From NCBI RefSeq assembly GCF_046293215.1, contig NZ_JBKBPI010000011.1, positions 1,811 to 65,810 of the forward strand: a stretch of DNA of 64,000 nucleotides. Reading direction: 5' to 3'. Shown one piece after another: positions 35,798 to 43,505 of the stretch. Under the pieces are notes generated by a model, which ran no database searches, was not told where the DNA came from, and saw only the letters and a program-made list of their open reading frames with translations. Position numbers and translations under genes: made by a program. Origin of the DNA: Microcella sp. GTDB taxonomy: Bacteria > Actinomycetota > Actinomycetes > Actinomycetales > Microbacteriaceae. Position 1 is the stretch's first letter. The number at the start of each line of letters is the position of its first letter.

Positions 35798-37212
35798 GCT
35801 CGGAGGCCACACCGGGCAGTGAGCGGCGCGGCCTCGGCCGCACCTTCGCCAACGTCTTCACGGCGAACCTGGCCTCGAGCCTGGGCGACGGCATCGCGCG
35901 CACAGCCGCGCCGTTGCTTGCCGCGCGGCTCACCGACGATCCGGTGCTGATCGCCGGCCTGGCCGCTCTCGCGATGCTGCCGTGGCTACTGTTCGCCCTG
36001 CCAAGCGGCATCCTCGTCGATCGCATGGACAGGCGGCACGCCCTCGCGCTCGCCGCTTCGGTGCGCACCGTGCTCGCCGTGGGATTGCTCGCGCTCGTCT
36101 GGACCGACGCCCTCACCATTTGGTGGCTCTACCTGCTGATCTTCGTCTACGGCGCGTGCGAGACCCTCTACGACGGAGCGATCCGCGCGGTGGTGCCGAG
36201 CGTCGTGCCGAAGAAGAAGCTGTCACGCGCCAACGCCCGCATCGAGGGCGCCGAGCTGGTGGTGCAGAACTTCGCGGCGGCCCCGCTCACCTCGGCGCTG
36301 TTCGCCGTCGCCGTGCTGATCCCGCTCGGGCTGCTGGGTGCGGCCTATGGGCTCGCCGTCGTGCTGGCCGTGCTGCTGCCGCAGGTGGCGTCGGGGCGGC
36401 AGTTCCGGGGCGGAGCCGCGGCGAGCGGTGGGCCGGCGCAGCCGGACGTCGCGGACGCGAGTGACGAGGAGGGCGCGCCGCGAGCATCCGCCTCGCCTGT
36501 TTCCCCGCCGCCCACCGAGCCATTCCGGCGCCAGCTCGTCGACGGCTGGCGGTTCATCATGGCGAACCGGCAACTGCGCACCCTGTGGTTCTTCACGACC
36601 GCGACCGGGCTGCTGTATGCCGCTTCTTCGGCGACGCTCGTGCTGTTCGTGCTGCAGACGCTGGCGATTCCGGAGGCGGCGTTCGGGTTGTTCCTGCTCG
36701 CGGGAGCGATCGGCGGACTGCTCGGCTCGATCGTCGCCTCGCGCCTGCAGGCTCGTTTCGGGCTCGGGGCGATCATGGCCGCCATGAACCTCATCGCCGG
36801 GGTGGCGACGCTCGTCATGGGCATCTGGCCGGTCGCCGCCGTCGGGGTGATCGGCTTCGCGGTCGGATCGGGCAGCGTCACCATCTGGAACATCCTGATG
36901 ATGTCGTACCGGCAGGCGATCGTGCCCGGCCGGCTGCTCGGGCGGGTGCACGGCACCTGGCGCACCCTGCTGTGGGGATCCATGCCGCTCGGTTCGGTCA
37001 TCGGTGGTGCGATTGCGCTCGTCGATCTCCGCCTGCCGTGGATCATCGGGGGCGGACTCATGACCCTGCTCGCGCTCGTGTTCTACCGGTTCCTGATGGG
37101 GTTGCCGAACCCCGAAGACATTGACAACGGCGACGAGCCGCCACCTGTCACCGACGCGCTGCCGGCCGTCGGGTCGGGCACGCCGCCGGGCCAGCCGACG
37201 GCAGACCGCTAG
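35794..37212 (+). CDS. MFS transporter
   Basis: 472 aa, about 12 TM. VDRMDRR loop. GTGA overlap with the upstream AKR. Confidence 0.85.
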   Translation: MSSEATPGSERRGLGRTFANVFTANLASSLGDGIARTAAPLLAARLTDDPVLIAGLAALAMLPWLLFALPSGILVDRMDRRHALALAASVRTVLAVGLLALVWTDALTIWWLYLLIFVYGACETLYDGAIRAVVPSVVPKKKLSRANARIEGAELVVQNFAAAPLTSALFAVAVLIPLGLLGAAYGLAVVLAVLLPQVASGRQFRGGAAASGGPAQPDVADASDEEGAPRASASPVSPPPTEPFRRQLVDGWRFIMANRQLRTLWFFTTATGLLYAASSATLVLFVLQTLAIPEAAFGLFLLAGAIGGLLGSIVASRLQARFGLGAIMAAMNLIAGVATLVMGIWPVAAVGVIGFAVGSGSVTIWNILMMSYRQAIVPGRLLGRVHGTWRTLLWGSMPLGSVIGGAIALVDLRLPWIIGGGLMTLLALVFYRFLMGLPNPEDIDNGDEPPPVTDALPAVGSGTPPGQPTADR

Positions 37213-37238
37213 GAAGCCCCCGCGCTAGGCTCGGGCGC

Positions 37239-38060
37239 GTGCCCGTGAGCCTGTATCGCGACAAGTATTCCGACGCGTTTCGCGCACTGCGCTTGGTATC
37301 GCGACGGGAGGTCGCGCCCGACTTCTGGCGGGTTCGCCTCGCCGTTACCGCGGACAACCCCGATGCTCTCGTCGGCTACCGGGCGCCCGGCGCCGGGGAC
37401 CACGGCCGGGTGTACGTCGGCCGTGCCGTCGACGACTGGGCGGTGCCCGTCGACGCGTCGGGGGTTCCGGCGGGGGAGTTTCGCATCGAGACCGTCGTCG
37501 ACCACTCGGTCTCTGAGGGCTGGATCGACCTCGACCTGCTCGTGCACCGCGGGGCCGACGGCTCGCCGGCGGGTCTGATCGGACCCTGGGCCGTCGCCGC
37601 GCCGCTCGGGTCTCCCGTGATCGTGGCCGACCCCAAGGGGTCCGTCCTGATGCGCGGAGCGCCGGAGGCCTGGGTGCTGGCGGGCGACGACTCCGCCGTG
37701 CCGGCCGTGCGGCGCTACATCGCGGCGCTCGCCGGTGGGGGAGCCCCGGGCCTGGTGCTGCTCGAAACCCGGTACGGGGTGGACGAGCTGGAACTCGACG
37801 TTCCTGCGGGGGTGGAGGTGCGCATCCTCGAGCCGGACGCGACGCCGTCGGCGGCGCTCGCCTCCGCGCTGGAGTCGCTGCCTCGCCCGCTACCCGCGCC
37901 CGAGACGATCGGGCTCGAGACGGACGTGCTGCTCTTCGCCTGCGCCGAGCAGTCGCTCGTGTCGGTCGCCCGCCGGGTGCTCGAGCGCTGGCGCATCGAC
38001 CCCGAGAACGCCATCGCCAAGGGCTACTGGAAGCGCTCGACCGCTAGCGTGAAGACGTGA
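37239..38060 (+). CDS. siderophore-interacting (FAD-binding) protein
   Basis: 273 aa with SIP-like layout; C-terminal AKGYWKR motif. Confidence 0.75.
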   Translation: MPVSLYRDKYSDAFRALRLVSRREVAPDFWRVRLAVTADNPDALVGYRAPGAGDHGRVYVGRAVDDWAVPVDASGVPAGEFRIETVVDHSVSEGWIDLDLLVHRGADGSPAGLIGPWAVAAPLGSPVIVADPKGSVLMRGAPEAWVLAGDDSAVPAVRRYIAALAGGGAPGLVLLETRYGVDELELDVPAGVEVRILEPDATPSAALASALESLPRPLPAPETIGLETDVLLFACAEQSLVSVARRVLERWRIDPENAIAKGYWKRSTASVKT

Positions 38061-38341
38061 GTGAGTCCGAGGAACGGTCACGGGGCCCGGTGCGAGTCGT
38101 CGCCGTCGTCACGCTGGTCGGGGTGCTCGCCGCGGCGTTCGTCTTCATATCGGCGCTCGTCGCGCCCTCCTTCGGCGACCGCGCGATGCAGCGGTGTACC
38201 GCGCTCGGGCTCGAGGCTGGCGGTGACACGGTCGGGTTGAGCGCCAACGCCTTCCTCCCGCTGCAGTGGACCTGCACCTACTCGGACGAGTCGGGCCGGA
38301 CGCAGCGCAGCACGATCACGATCGGTGACCTCGCGAGTTAG
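38057..38341 (+). CDS. small membrane protein, hypothetical
   Basis: 94 aa, single TM (VVAVVTLVGVLAAAFVFISALV). GTGA overlap with the upstream gene. Confidence 0.45.
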   Translation: MSESEERSRGPVRVVAVVTLVGVLAAAFVFISALVAPSFGDRAMQRCTALGLEAGGDTVGLSANAFLPLQWTCTYSDESGRTQRSTITIGDLAS

Positions 38342-38358
38342 TCGAGGGCGGCCGCGGC

Positions 38359-39162
38359 TCAGAAGTCGGCAAGCCAATCGTGCATGGCGTCGAGCGTGTA
38401 GCCGGGGGCGTCACGGTGCACGTTGTGGCCGCCCGGAACGATGCGCTGCTCGATCAGCGGGTTGGCGGCGAGCGCGTGAGTGGCGAGGTCACCCGCGAAC
38501 AGCGCGCCCCGGTCGGGGTCGCCCGCGATCACGAGCGTCGGCTGGGTGAGGTGCGGAAGGTGCGGCAGCGCATCCCAATCGGGGTTGTCGAGCACGGCGT
38601 GCTCGAGCGCGAACCGGGAGGCAGCGTGCACGGCCCGCACCCGCAGCTCGACGTCGAGCGGGTGCCAGTGCGGATTTTCTGCCGTCGCGCTCTCGATCGT
38701 GATGGCGTCTTTCGCCGCCAGCTGCCGGTGACGAATGGCGTCTCGCGCCTGCTCGTTGGCGTGGAGCGCAGGGTCGAGCAGTACGAGGCGCTCAGCCCAG
38801 CGAGGGTGCGCGGCGGCCGCGACGACCGTGGCGGCGCCGCCGATCGAGTGGGCGACCACGAGGTTCCAGGTGCCGCGCTGGGTGGCGGGGTGAGCATCCC
38901 CGCTGCCCGGGGTGTCGGTCGCGCCGCGCGGATGCGTGGTCGCGAGGTCAGCGGCGAACTCCTCGATGCGATAGCTCGAGGTGCGGGGCGCGTCGCCGTG
39001 CCCGCGCAGGTCGACGGCGTCGACGCTCCAGCCGGCGTCGGCCAGTGACTCGGCGACGCGCCACATGGTGTGCGCGCTCGAGCCCAGGCCGTGCACGAGC
39101 AGCGCGCGACGGTCGCTGTCGGTCGGCCCCCAGTGCAGTCGCGGCAGTGTCACGGCGCTCAT
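38359..39162 (-). CDS. alpha/beta hydrolase
   Basis: ALLVHGLGSS and the AHSIGG nucleophile elbow. 267 aa. Confidence 0.8.
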   Translation of the reverse strand: MSAVTLPRLHWGPTDSDRRALLVHGLGSSAHTMWRVAESLADAGWSVDAVDLRGHGDAPRTSSYRIEEFAADLATTHPRGATDTPGSGDAHPATQRGTWNLVVAHSIGGAATVVAAAAHPRWAERLVLLDPALHANEQARDAIRHRQLAAKDAITIESATAENPHWHPLDVELRVRAVHAASRFALEHAVLDNPDWDALPHLPHLTQPTLVIAGDPDRGALFAGDLATHALAANPLIEQRIVPGGHNVHRDAPGYTLDAMHDWLADF

Positions 39163-39340
39163 GCCGCCACCCTAGCCCCGTGCCCTGCGCCGTGCAGCGG
39201 GTGTTCTCGCCGCCTGCGCCTCGCGCCCGCGCCACGCCACTGCCCGGCGCCCGGCGCCCTGCGCCCCGCGCCAAGCGTCTCGTGCCCGGCCCCCGCCACC
39301 GACGCGGGCCGAAGCCCGGTTCACCTCTGCGAGCCGTCCC

Positions 39341-39419
39341 ACTTCTCAGGAAAAATGCCGTGGGCCCCGCGAACCGACCGGCCCTCGGCGCACACACGAC
39401 ACTATTTTTCCTGAGAAGT
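39341..39419. repeat. 79-bp AT-rich hairpin element with perfect 16-bp terminal inverted repeats
   Basis: ACTTCTCAGGAAAAAT (39341-39356) and ATTTTTCCTGAGAAGT (39404-39419), with a 47-nt GC-rich spacer. Confidence 0.8.
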
Positions 39420-39517
39420 TGGTCACCGCTCCTCCCCACGTTGCCGCTCAACTGGTGTCGACTCGTGCTGGGGATCAGAGCGCCCTCGAACCGTCGAGTC
39501 GAGGCACGCTCCGCGTC

Positions 39518-40363
39518 ATGGCTGCGCTCAACCCGTTGCGTGTTTATTCCCGTGCCGACCTGCTGGGGCTCCTGCCAGAACGGCAACTGCGTCGCTATCT
39601 GGCTTCGGGTGCCATCGTGCGACTGCGACGTGACGCGTATGCCAGCCCTGCTCTGCCCATCGATGTGCAACGCGCCGTCACGCTAGGCGGCAGTGTGGCG
39701 TGCGTGTCAGCGCTCGCGCACGTCGGCGGTTGGCTCCCCCCACATGCAGGAGTTCACGTCGCCGTCGCGCGAAATGCTTCGCGCCTAGCCCGACACAGAC
39801 GTCTCTTGGGCGGTGCTCGCATTCATTGGACGGCTCGTGCAGGGCGAGAATCCGTGCAAGAACCGGAAGACGCGGTCGCACAAGTCATTCGATGCCAGCC
39901 TCGCGCGGTCGCGATCGCCGTGTTGGACAGCGTTGTGCGTCTGGGCGCGGTCGACCGTGATGTCGTCCGCAAGCTGATCGACAGAGCGCCCCGCCGCTGC
40001 ACACTGACGTGGGGAGACCTCGACCCGCGTGCGGAGTCTGGCATCGAGTCGTTGGTGAGGGTCGCACTGCGTGACGCCGGGCTGACTGTCGAACCGCAGG
40101 TCGTAGTTGCCGGAGTCGGGCGTGTCGATTTTCTTGTCGAGGGCCGGGTGATCGTCGAGGTGGATGGTCGCGAGTGGCATCGCGGTGAGCAGGAACGCGA
40201 CTATCGACGTGATCTCGAGGCGCTGAGCAGCGGATTCCCGGTCGTGAGAGTCGATTACCTGCACGCCCTCCGGCACGGCGATTTGGTGGTGGCCGCGGTC
40301 CGCCGTGCACTGTCTGCGCGAATCGACACCGCACGCGGCGTACGACTTCTCAGGAATTCTTGA
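39518..40363 (+). CDS. AbiEi-like wHTH + DUF559 (Vsr-like endonuclease fold) protein
   Basis: LRRYLASGAIVRLRRDAYA is an AbiEi-type N-terminal motif. VDFLVEGRVIVEVDGREWHRGEQERDYRRDLEA is a DUF559 motif. GC is noticeably lower than in the neighbours. Confidence 0.75.
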   Translation: MAALNPLRVYSRADLLGLLPERQLRRYLASGAIVRLRRDAYASPALPIDVQRAVTLGGSVACVSALAHVGGWLPPHAGVHVAVARNASRLARHRRLLGGARIHWTARAGRESVQEPEDAVAQVIRCQPRAVAIAVLDSVVRLGAVDRDVVRKLIDRAPRRCTLTWGDLDPRAESGIESLVRVALRDAGLTVEPQVVVAGVGRVDFLVEGRVIVEVDGREWHRGEQERDYRRDLEALSSGFPVVRVDYLHALRHGDLVVAAVRRALSARIDTARGVRLLRNS

Positions 40364-40422
40364 CCGCGTCGGGGTCGTTGCCCATGAAGTTGACTGGGAG
40401 GCGACAGAAGTTCCTGAGAAAG
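40345..40422. repeat. 78-bp hairpin element sharing the ACTTCTCAGGAA / TTCCTGAGAA arms
   Basis: ACTTCTCAGGAA (40345-40356, overlapping the DUF559 stop) and TTCCTGAGAAAG (40411-40422). Confidence 0.65.
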
Positions 40423-40489
40423 ACGACAGTCGCGCCCATCACGGGTTGACGGCAACCGAGCAGGCGAGCAGGTCCGCGGCGCAGCCCGC

Positions 40490-41341
40490 CTACCCGAGGT
40501 CGTCGGGGTGGCGGCCCGTGCGCTCGCCCGTCTCGAGTTGCGCGATCTCGGCCATGTCGGTGGCGGTGAGCTCCCAGTCGAAGATGTCGGCGTTCTCGGC
40601 CACGCGCTCGAGTGACGTCGACTTCGGAATCACGATGAGCCCCTGCTGCACGTGCCAGCGCAGCGCCACCTGGGCGGGCGTCTTGTCGTGCCGCGCCGCG
40701 ATGGCGTCGAGCACGTCGCGGTCGCGCGAGCCGACCTCGAGCACGCGGCCGCGGGCGAGCGGGCTCCAGCTTTCGACGGCGGCGCCCATCGCCGAGGCGG
40801 CGGCCCGAATTTCACGCTGCGGCAGCCACGGGTGCAGCTCGACCTGGTCGACGACGGGGGCGACCCCGGTCTCGTCGACGAGACGCTGCAGGTGGTGCGG
40901 TTCGAAGTTGCTGACGCCGATCGACCGCACGAGGCCCTGCTCGCGTAGGGCGATGAGCGCCTTCCACGCGTCGACGTAGCGGTCTTGGCGTGGCGCCGGC
41001 CAGTGAATCAGGTACAGGTCGAAGTATTCGAGGCCCGACGCGTCGAGCGCATCGAGGAACGCGGCTCGCGTCTCGTCGACCCCGTGTCGGTCGTTCCACA
41101 CCTTCGAGGTGACGTACAGCTCGTCGCGGGGCACCCCGCTCGCGCGCACGCCCTCGCCCACTTCTGCCTCGTTATTGTAGAGCGCCGCCGTGTCAACGTG
41201 GCGGTAGCCGAGCTCGATCGCGCCGGCGACGAGGTCGGCGGTCTGCTCCGCCGGAACCTTGTACACGCCGAGCCCCAGCTGCGGGATGCTCGTGCCGTCG
41301 GACAGCGTGATGCGCGGGGCGAGGGGCTCGGCTGCGGTCAT
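40490..41341 (-). CDS. aldo/keto reductase
   Basis: Start MTAAEPLAPRITLSDGTSIPQLGLGVYKV at 41341. DTAALYNNE, FDLYLIHWP and IPKS motifs. Confidence 0.9.
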   Translation of the reverse strand: MTAAEPLAPRITLSDGTSIPQLGLGVYKVPAEQTADLVAGAIELGYRHVDTAALYNNEAEVGEGVRASGVPRDELYVTSKVWNDRHGVDETRAAFLDALDASGLEYFDLYLIHWPAPRQDRYVDAWKALIALREQGLVRSIGVSNFEPHHLQRLVDETGVAPVVDQVELHPWLPQREIRAAASAMGAAVESWSPLARGRVLEVGSRDRDVLDAIAARHDKTPAQVALRWHVQQGLIVIPKSTSLERVAENADIFDWELTATDMAEIAQLETGERTGRHPDDLG

Positions 41342-41434
41342 GGGCCCAGTATTGCGAAGCGATCCGCGAGAACGCACAGCGAGCATCCAGCGCCCTGAGG
41401 AATTGATCCAGGATGCCCGTGGTTGGCTTCCAGC

Positions 41435-41998
41435 ATGGCTCACGTGATGATCGTCGTCGGATCCGTTCGCCCTGGCCGCATCGGCCTACCGATCGCTGAG
41501 TGGGTGCGTTCGCGCGTCGAGGGCGCGGGGCACGACGTCGACTTCGTTGATCTGAAGGAGCTGGCTTTGCCGTTCCTCGACGAGCCGCATCACCCGATCA
41601 AGCGCGACTACCAGCACGCGCACACGCGCGCCTGGAGTGCCCGCGTCGAGGCGACCGATGCGCTGATCTTCGTGACACCCGAGTACAACCACAGCTACTC
41701 GCCGGCGCTGAAGAACGCCATCGACTATCTGTACACCGAGTGGCAGGGCCGGCCCGTCGGGTTCGTCAGCTACGGCGGCATGTCGGGCGGTTCGCGGGGT
41801 GTGACGGCGCTCGAGCCGGTGCTGTCGACGGTGGGTCTGGTGAAGATCCCGACGGAGGTGAACCTGCCGGGCGCGAGCAAGCAGGTGGGCGACGGCGGGT
41901 TTGCCGCCGACGACCGCCAGACGAGCAGCCTGGATGCGCTGGTCGCGCAGCTGGTCGCCTACGGCGAGGCGCTGCGACCCGTGCAGGCCCGCCGCTAG
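41435..41998 (+). CDS. NAD(P)H-dependent FMN reductase
   Basis: MAHVMIVVGSVRPGRIG and FVTPEYNHSYSPALKNAIDY motifs. TTG 41423 is an alternative start. Confidence 0.85.
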   Translation: MAHVMIVVGSVRPGRIGLPIAEWVRSRVEGAGHDVDFVDLKELALPFLDEPHHPIKRDYQHAHTRAWSARVEATDALIFVTPEYNHSYSPALKNAIDYLYTEWQGRPVGFVSYGGMSGGSRGVTALEPVLSTVGLVKIPTEVNLPGASKQVGDGGFAADDRQTSSLDALVAQLVAYGEALRPVQARR

Positions 41999-42017
41999 CT
42001 GCAGGCCCGCCGCTAGC
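41982..42017. repeat. perfect 18-bp tandem duplication (TGCAGGCCCGCCGCTAGC x2)
   Basis: Copies at 41982-41999 and 42000-42017. The first copy holds the TAG stop of the + gene. The second holds the CTA (TAG) stop of the - gene. Confidence 0.9.
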
Positions 42018-43218
42018 TGATCGTCGCCACCGGCTCGGTGTCGGGTAGCGGCGAGGCGTCGCGCCCGCGCAGGTCGGGGTGCCACCGCACGAACAGTGCG
42101 CCGACGACGGTGGCGGCGAGCGCGAAGGCGATGGCCGTGTAGAAGCCGCCGACGGGGCCGAGGTCGTCGATGACGAAGCCGGCGATCGCGGAGCCGAGTG
42201 CCGCTCCGATGAGCTGCCCGGTGCCGAGCCAGCCGTACGCCTCGGCGGTCGCGCTGAACTTCACGCTGGCCGACACGATGGCGAACATCACGGCGAGCGC
42301 GGGCGCGATACCGATGCCGGCCACGATGAGGGCGATTGCGAGCCACCAGAACTCGAGGGCGAAGGGCGCCATGGCCATGCCGACGAAGATGATGAACAGG
42401 CGCCGGGTGAGGGCCCACGGGCCGATCGGCAGGTGCCCCATCGAGAGGCCTCCGACGAGTGAGGCGATGGCCCAGATGCCGAGAAGGAGTCCGGCTTCGG
42501 CTCCGCCCTCGCCGAAGACGGCAACGACGCCGACTTCGATGGCGGCGGCCGAGCCAATCATGAGGAAGCCGGTGATCGTGGCGAGCAACACGGCGCGGTT
42601 CTTCAGCACGACGCCGATGCGGTTCTTGCTCGGCGGGATGCGCACCTTGCCGACTTCGGGGCTCGAAATGAACCAGATGCCTCCGAGCACGAGGAAGCTG
42701 CCGGCGACCGCGATCGCCACAACGGGCGAGACCTGCAGGGCGAGGAACACGGTGACGACCGGGCCGCTGATCCAGATCAGCTCCTGTGCCGATGCATCGA
42801 GCGAGAACAGGGGAGTCAGCTGCTTCGACGTCACCATCTTTGGATAGATGGTGCGCACGGCCGGTTGAATCGGCGGGTTCGACAGACCCGTGATCAGGGC
42901 GACGAGCATGTAGCCCCAGAGGGGCAGGGGGGCAAAGGCGATGAGGGCGATGCCGGTGGCGCAAATGACGAGCGTCGTGATGAGAACCGGGCGCATCCCG
43001 AGTCTGCCCATCCAGCGGCTCGTGAGGGGGCCGGCGACTGCTTGCCCGACGCTCGTTGCGGCGAGCACGAGCCCCGCCGATCCGTACGAGTCGAAGATGC
43101 GCTCGATGTGAATGAGGAAGGCGAGCGAGAGCATGCCTGATGGCAGCCGCGCGACGAGCTGGGCGGAGATGATCCGCGCCACTCCACGGGTTTTCAACAG
43201 GTCGATGTAGCCGCTCAC
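42013..43218 (-). CDS. MFS transporter
   Basis: 401 aa, about 12 TM. Confidence 0.85.
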   Translation of the reverse strand: MSGYIDLLKTRGVARIISAQLVARLPSGMLSLAFLIHIERIFDSYGSAGLVLAATSVGQAVAGPLTSRWMGRLGMRPVLITTLVICATGIALIAFAPLPLWGYMLVALITGLSNPPIQPAVRTIYPKMVTSKQLTPLFSLDASAQELIWISGPVVTVFLALQVSPVVAIAVAGSFLVLGGIWFISSPEVGKVRIPPSKNRIGVVLKNRAVLLATITGFLMIGSAAAIEVGVVAVFGEGGAEAGLLLGIWAIASLVGGLSMGHLPIGPWALTRRLFIIFVGMAMAPFALEFWWLAIALIVAGIGIAPALAVMFAIVSASVKFSATAEAYGWLGTGQLIGAALGSAIAGFVIDDLGPVGGFYTAIAFALAATVVGALFVRWHPDLRGRDASPLPDTEPVATIS

Positions 43219-43360
43219 AAGAGGTCCAGCCTAGAGCCTCGGCGAGGGGCGAATTCTCGCGCCAGTTTTCGCGTTTTCCGCGCATCCCGTCCGCGTGTCG
43301 GAGGTGTCCGAGAAGCTGTGGATAAGCCCCACAAGTTATGCACACCTGTGGACGACACGC

Positions 43361-43408
43361 CCACTAGATGTAGGGGGTGATGTTTGTCAGTGCCCCGATA
43401 TATAGTGG
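43361..43408 (+). promoter_or_regulatory. two putative NrdR boxes
   Basis: CCACTAGATGTAGGGG (43361-43376) and CCCCGATATATAGTGG (43393-43408). They are mutually reverse-complementary variants, 32 bp start to start, in the AT-richest part of the nrd leader. Confidence 0.55.
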
Positions 43409-43505
43409 CCAGACCACGGCGCGGGGGCGCCGCGGTTGACCCGGTTTAACGGGCCGCAGACCCTCTCCACCACAGCCAGAAAACGCCGGACAACCGGCCC
43501 AACAC

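Noticed and set aside
41486-43345. 619-aa minus-strand ORF spanning the FMN reductase and MFS genes
   Set aside because: It is Arg/His-rich nonsense composition. It overlaps two well-supported genes in other frames.
43409-43505. Cobalamin riboswitch upstream of nrdA, as known for Streptomyces nrdAB
   Set aside because: The leader after the NrdR-like boxes is only about 100 nt. I could not find a B12-box-like core, so it is too short and unlike the motif.
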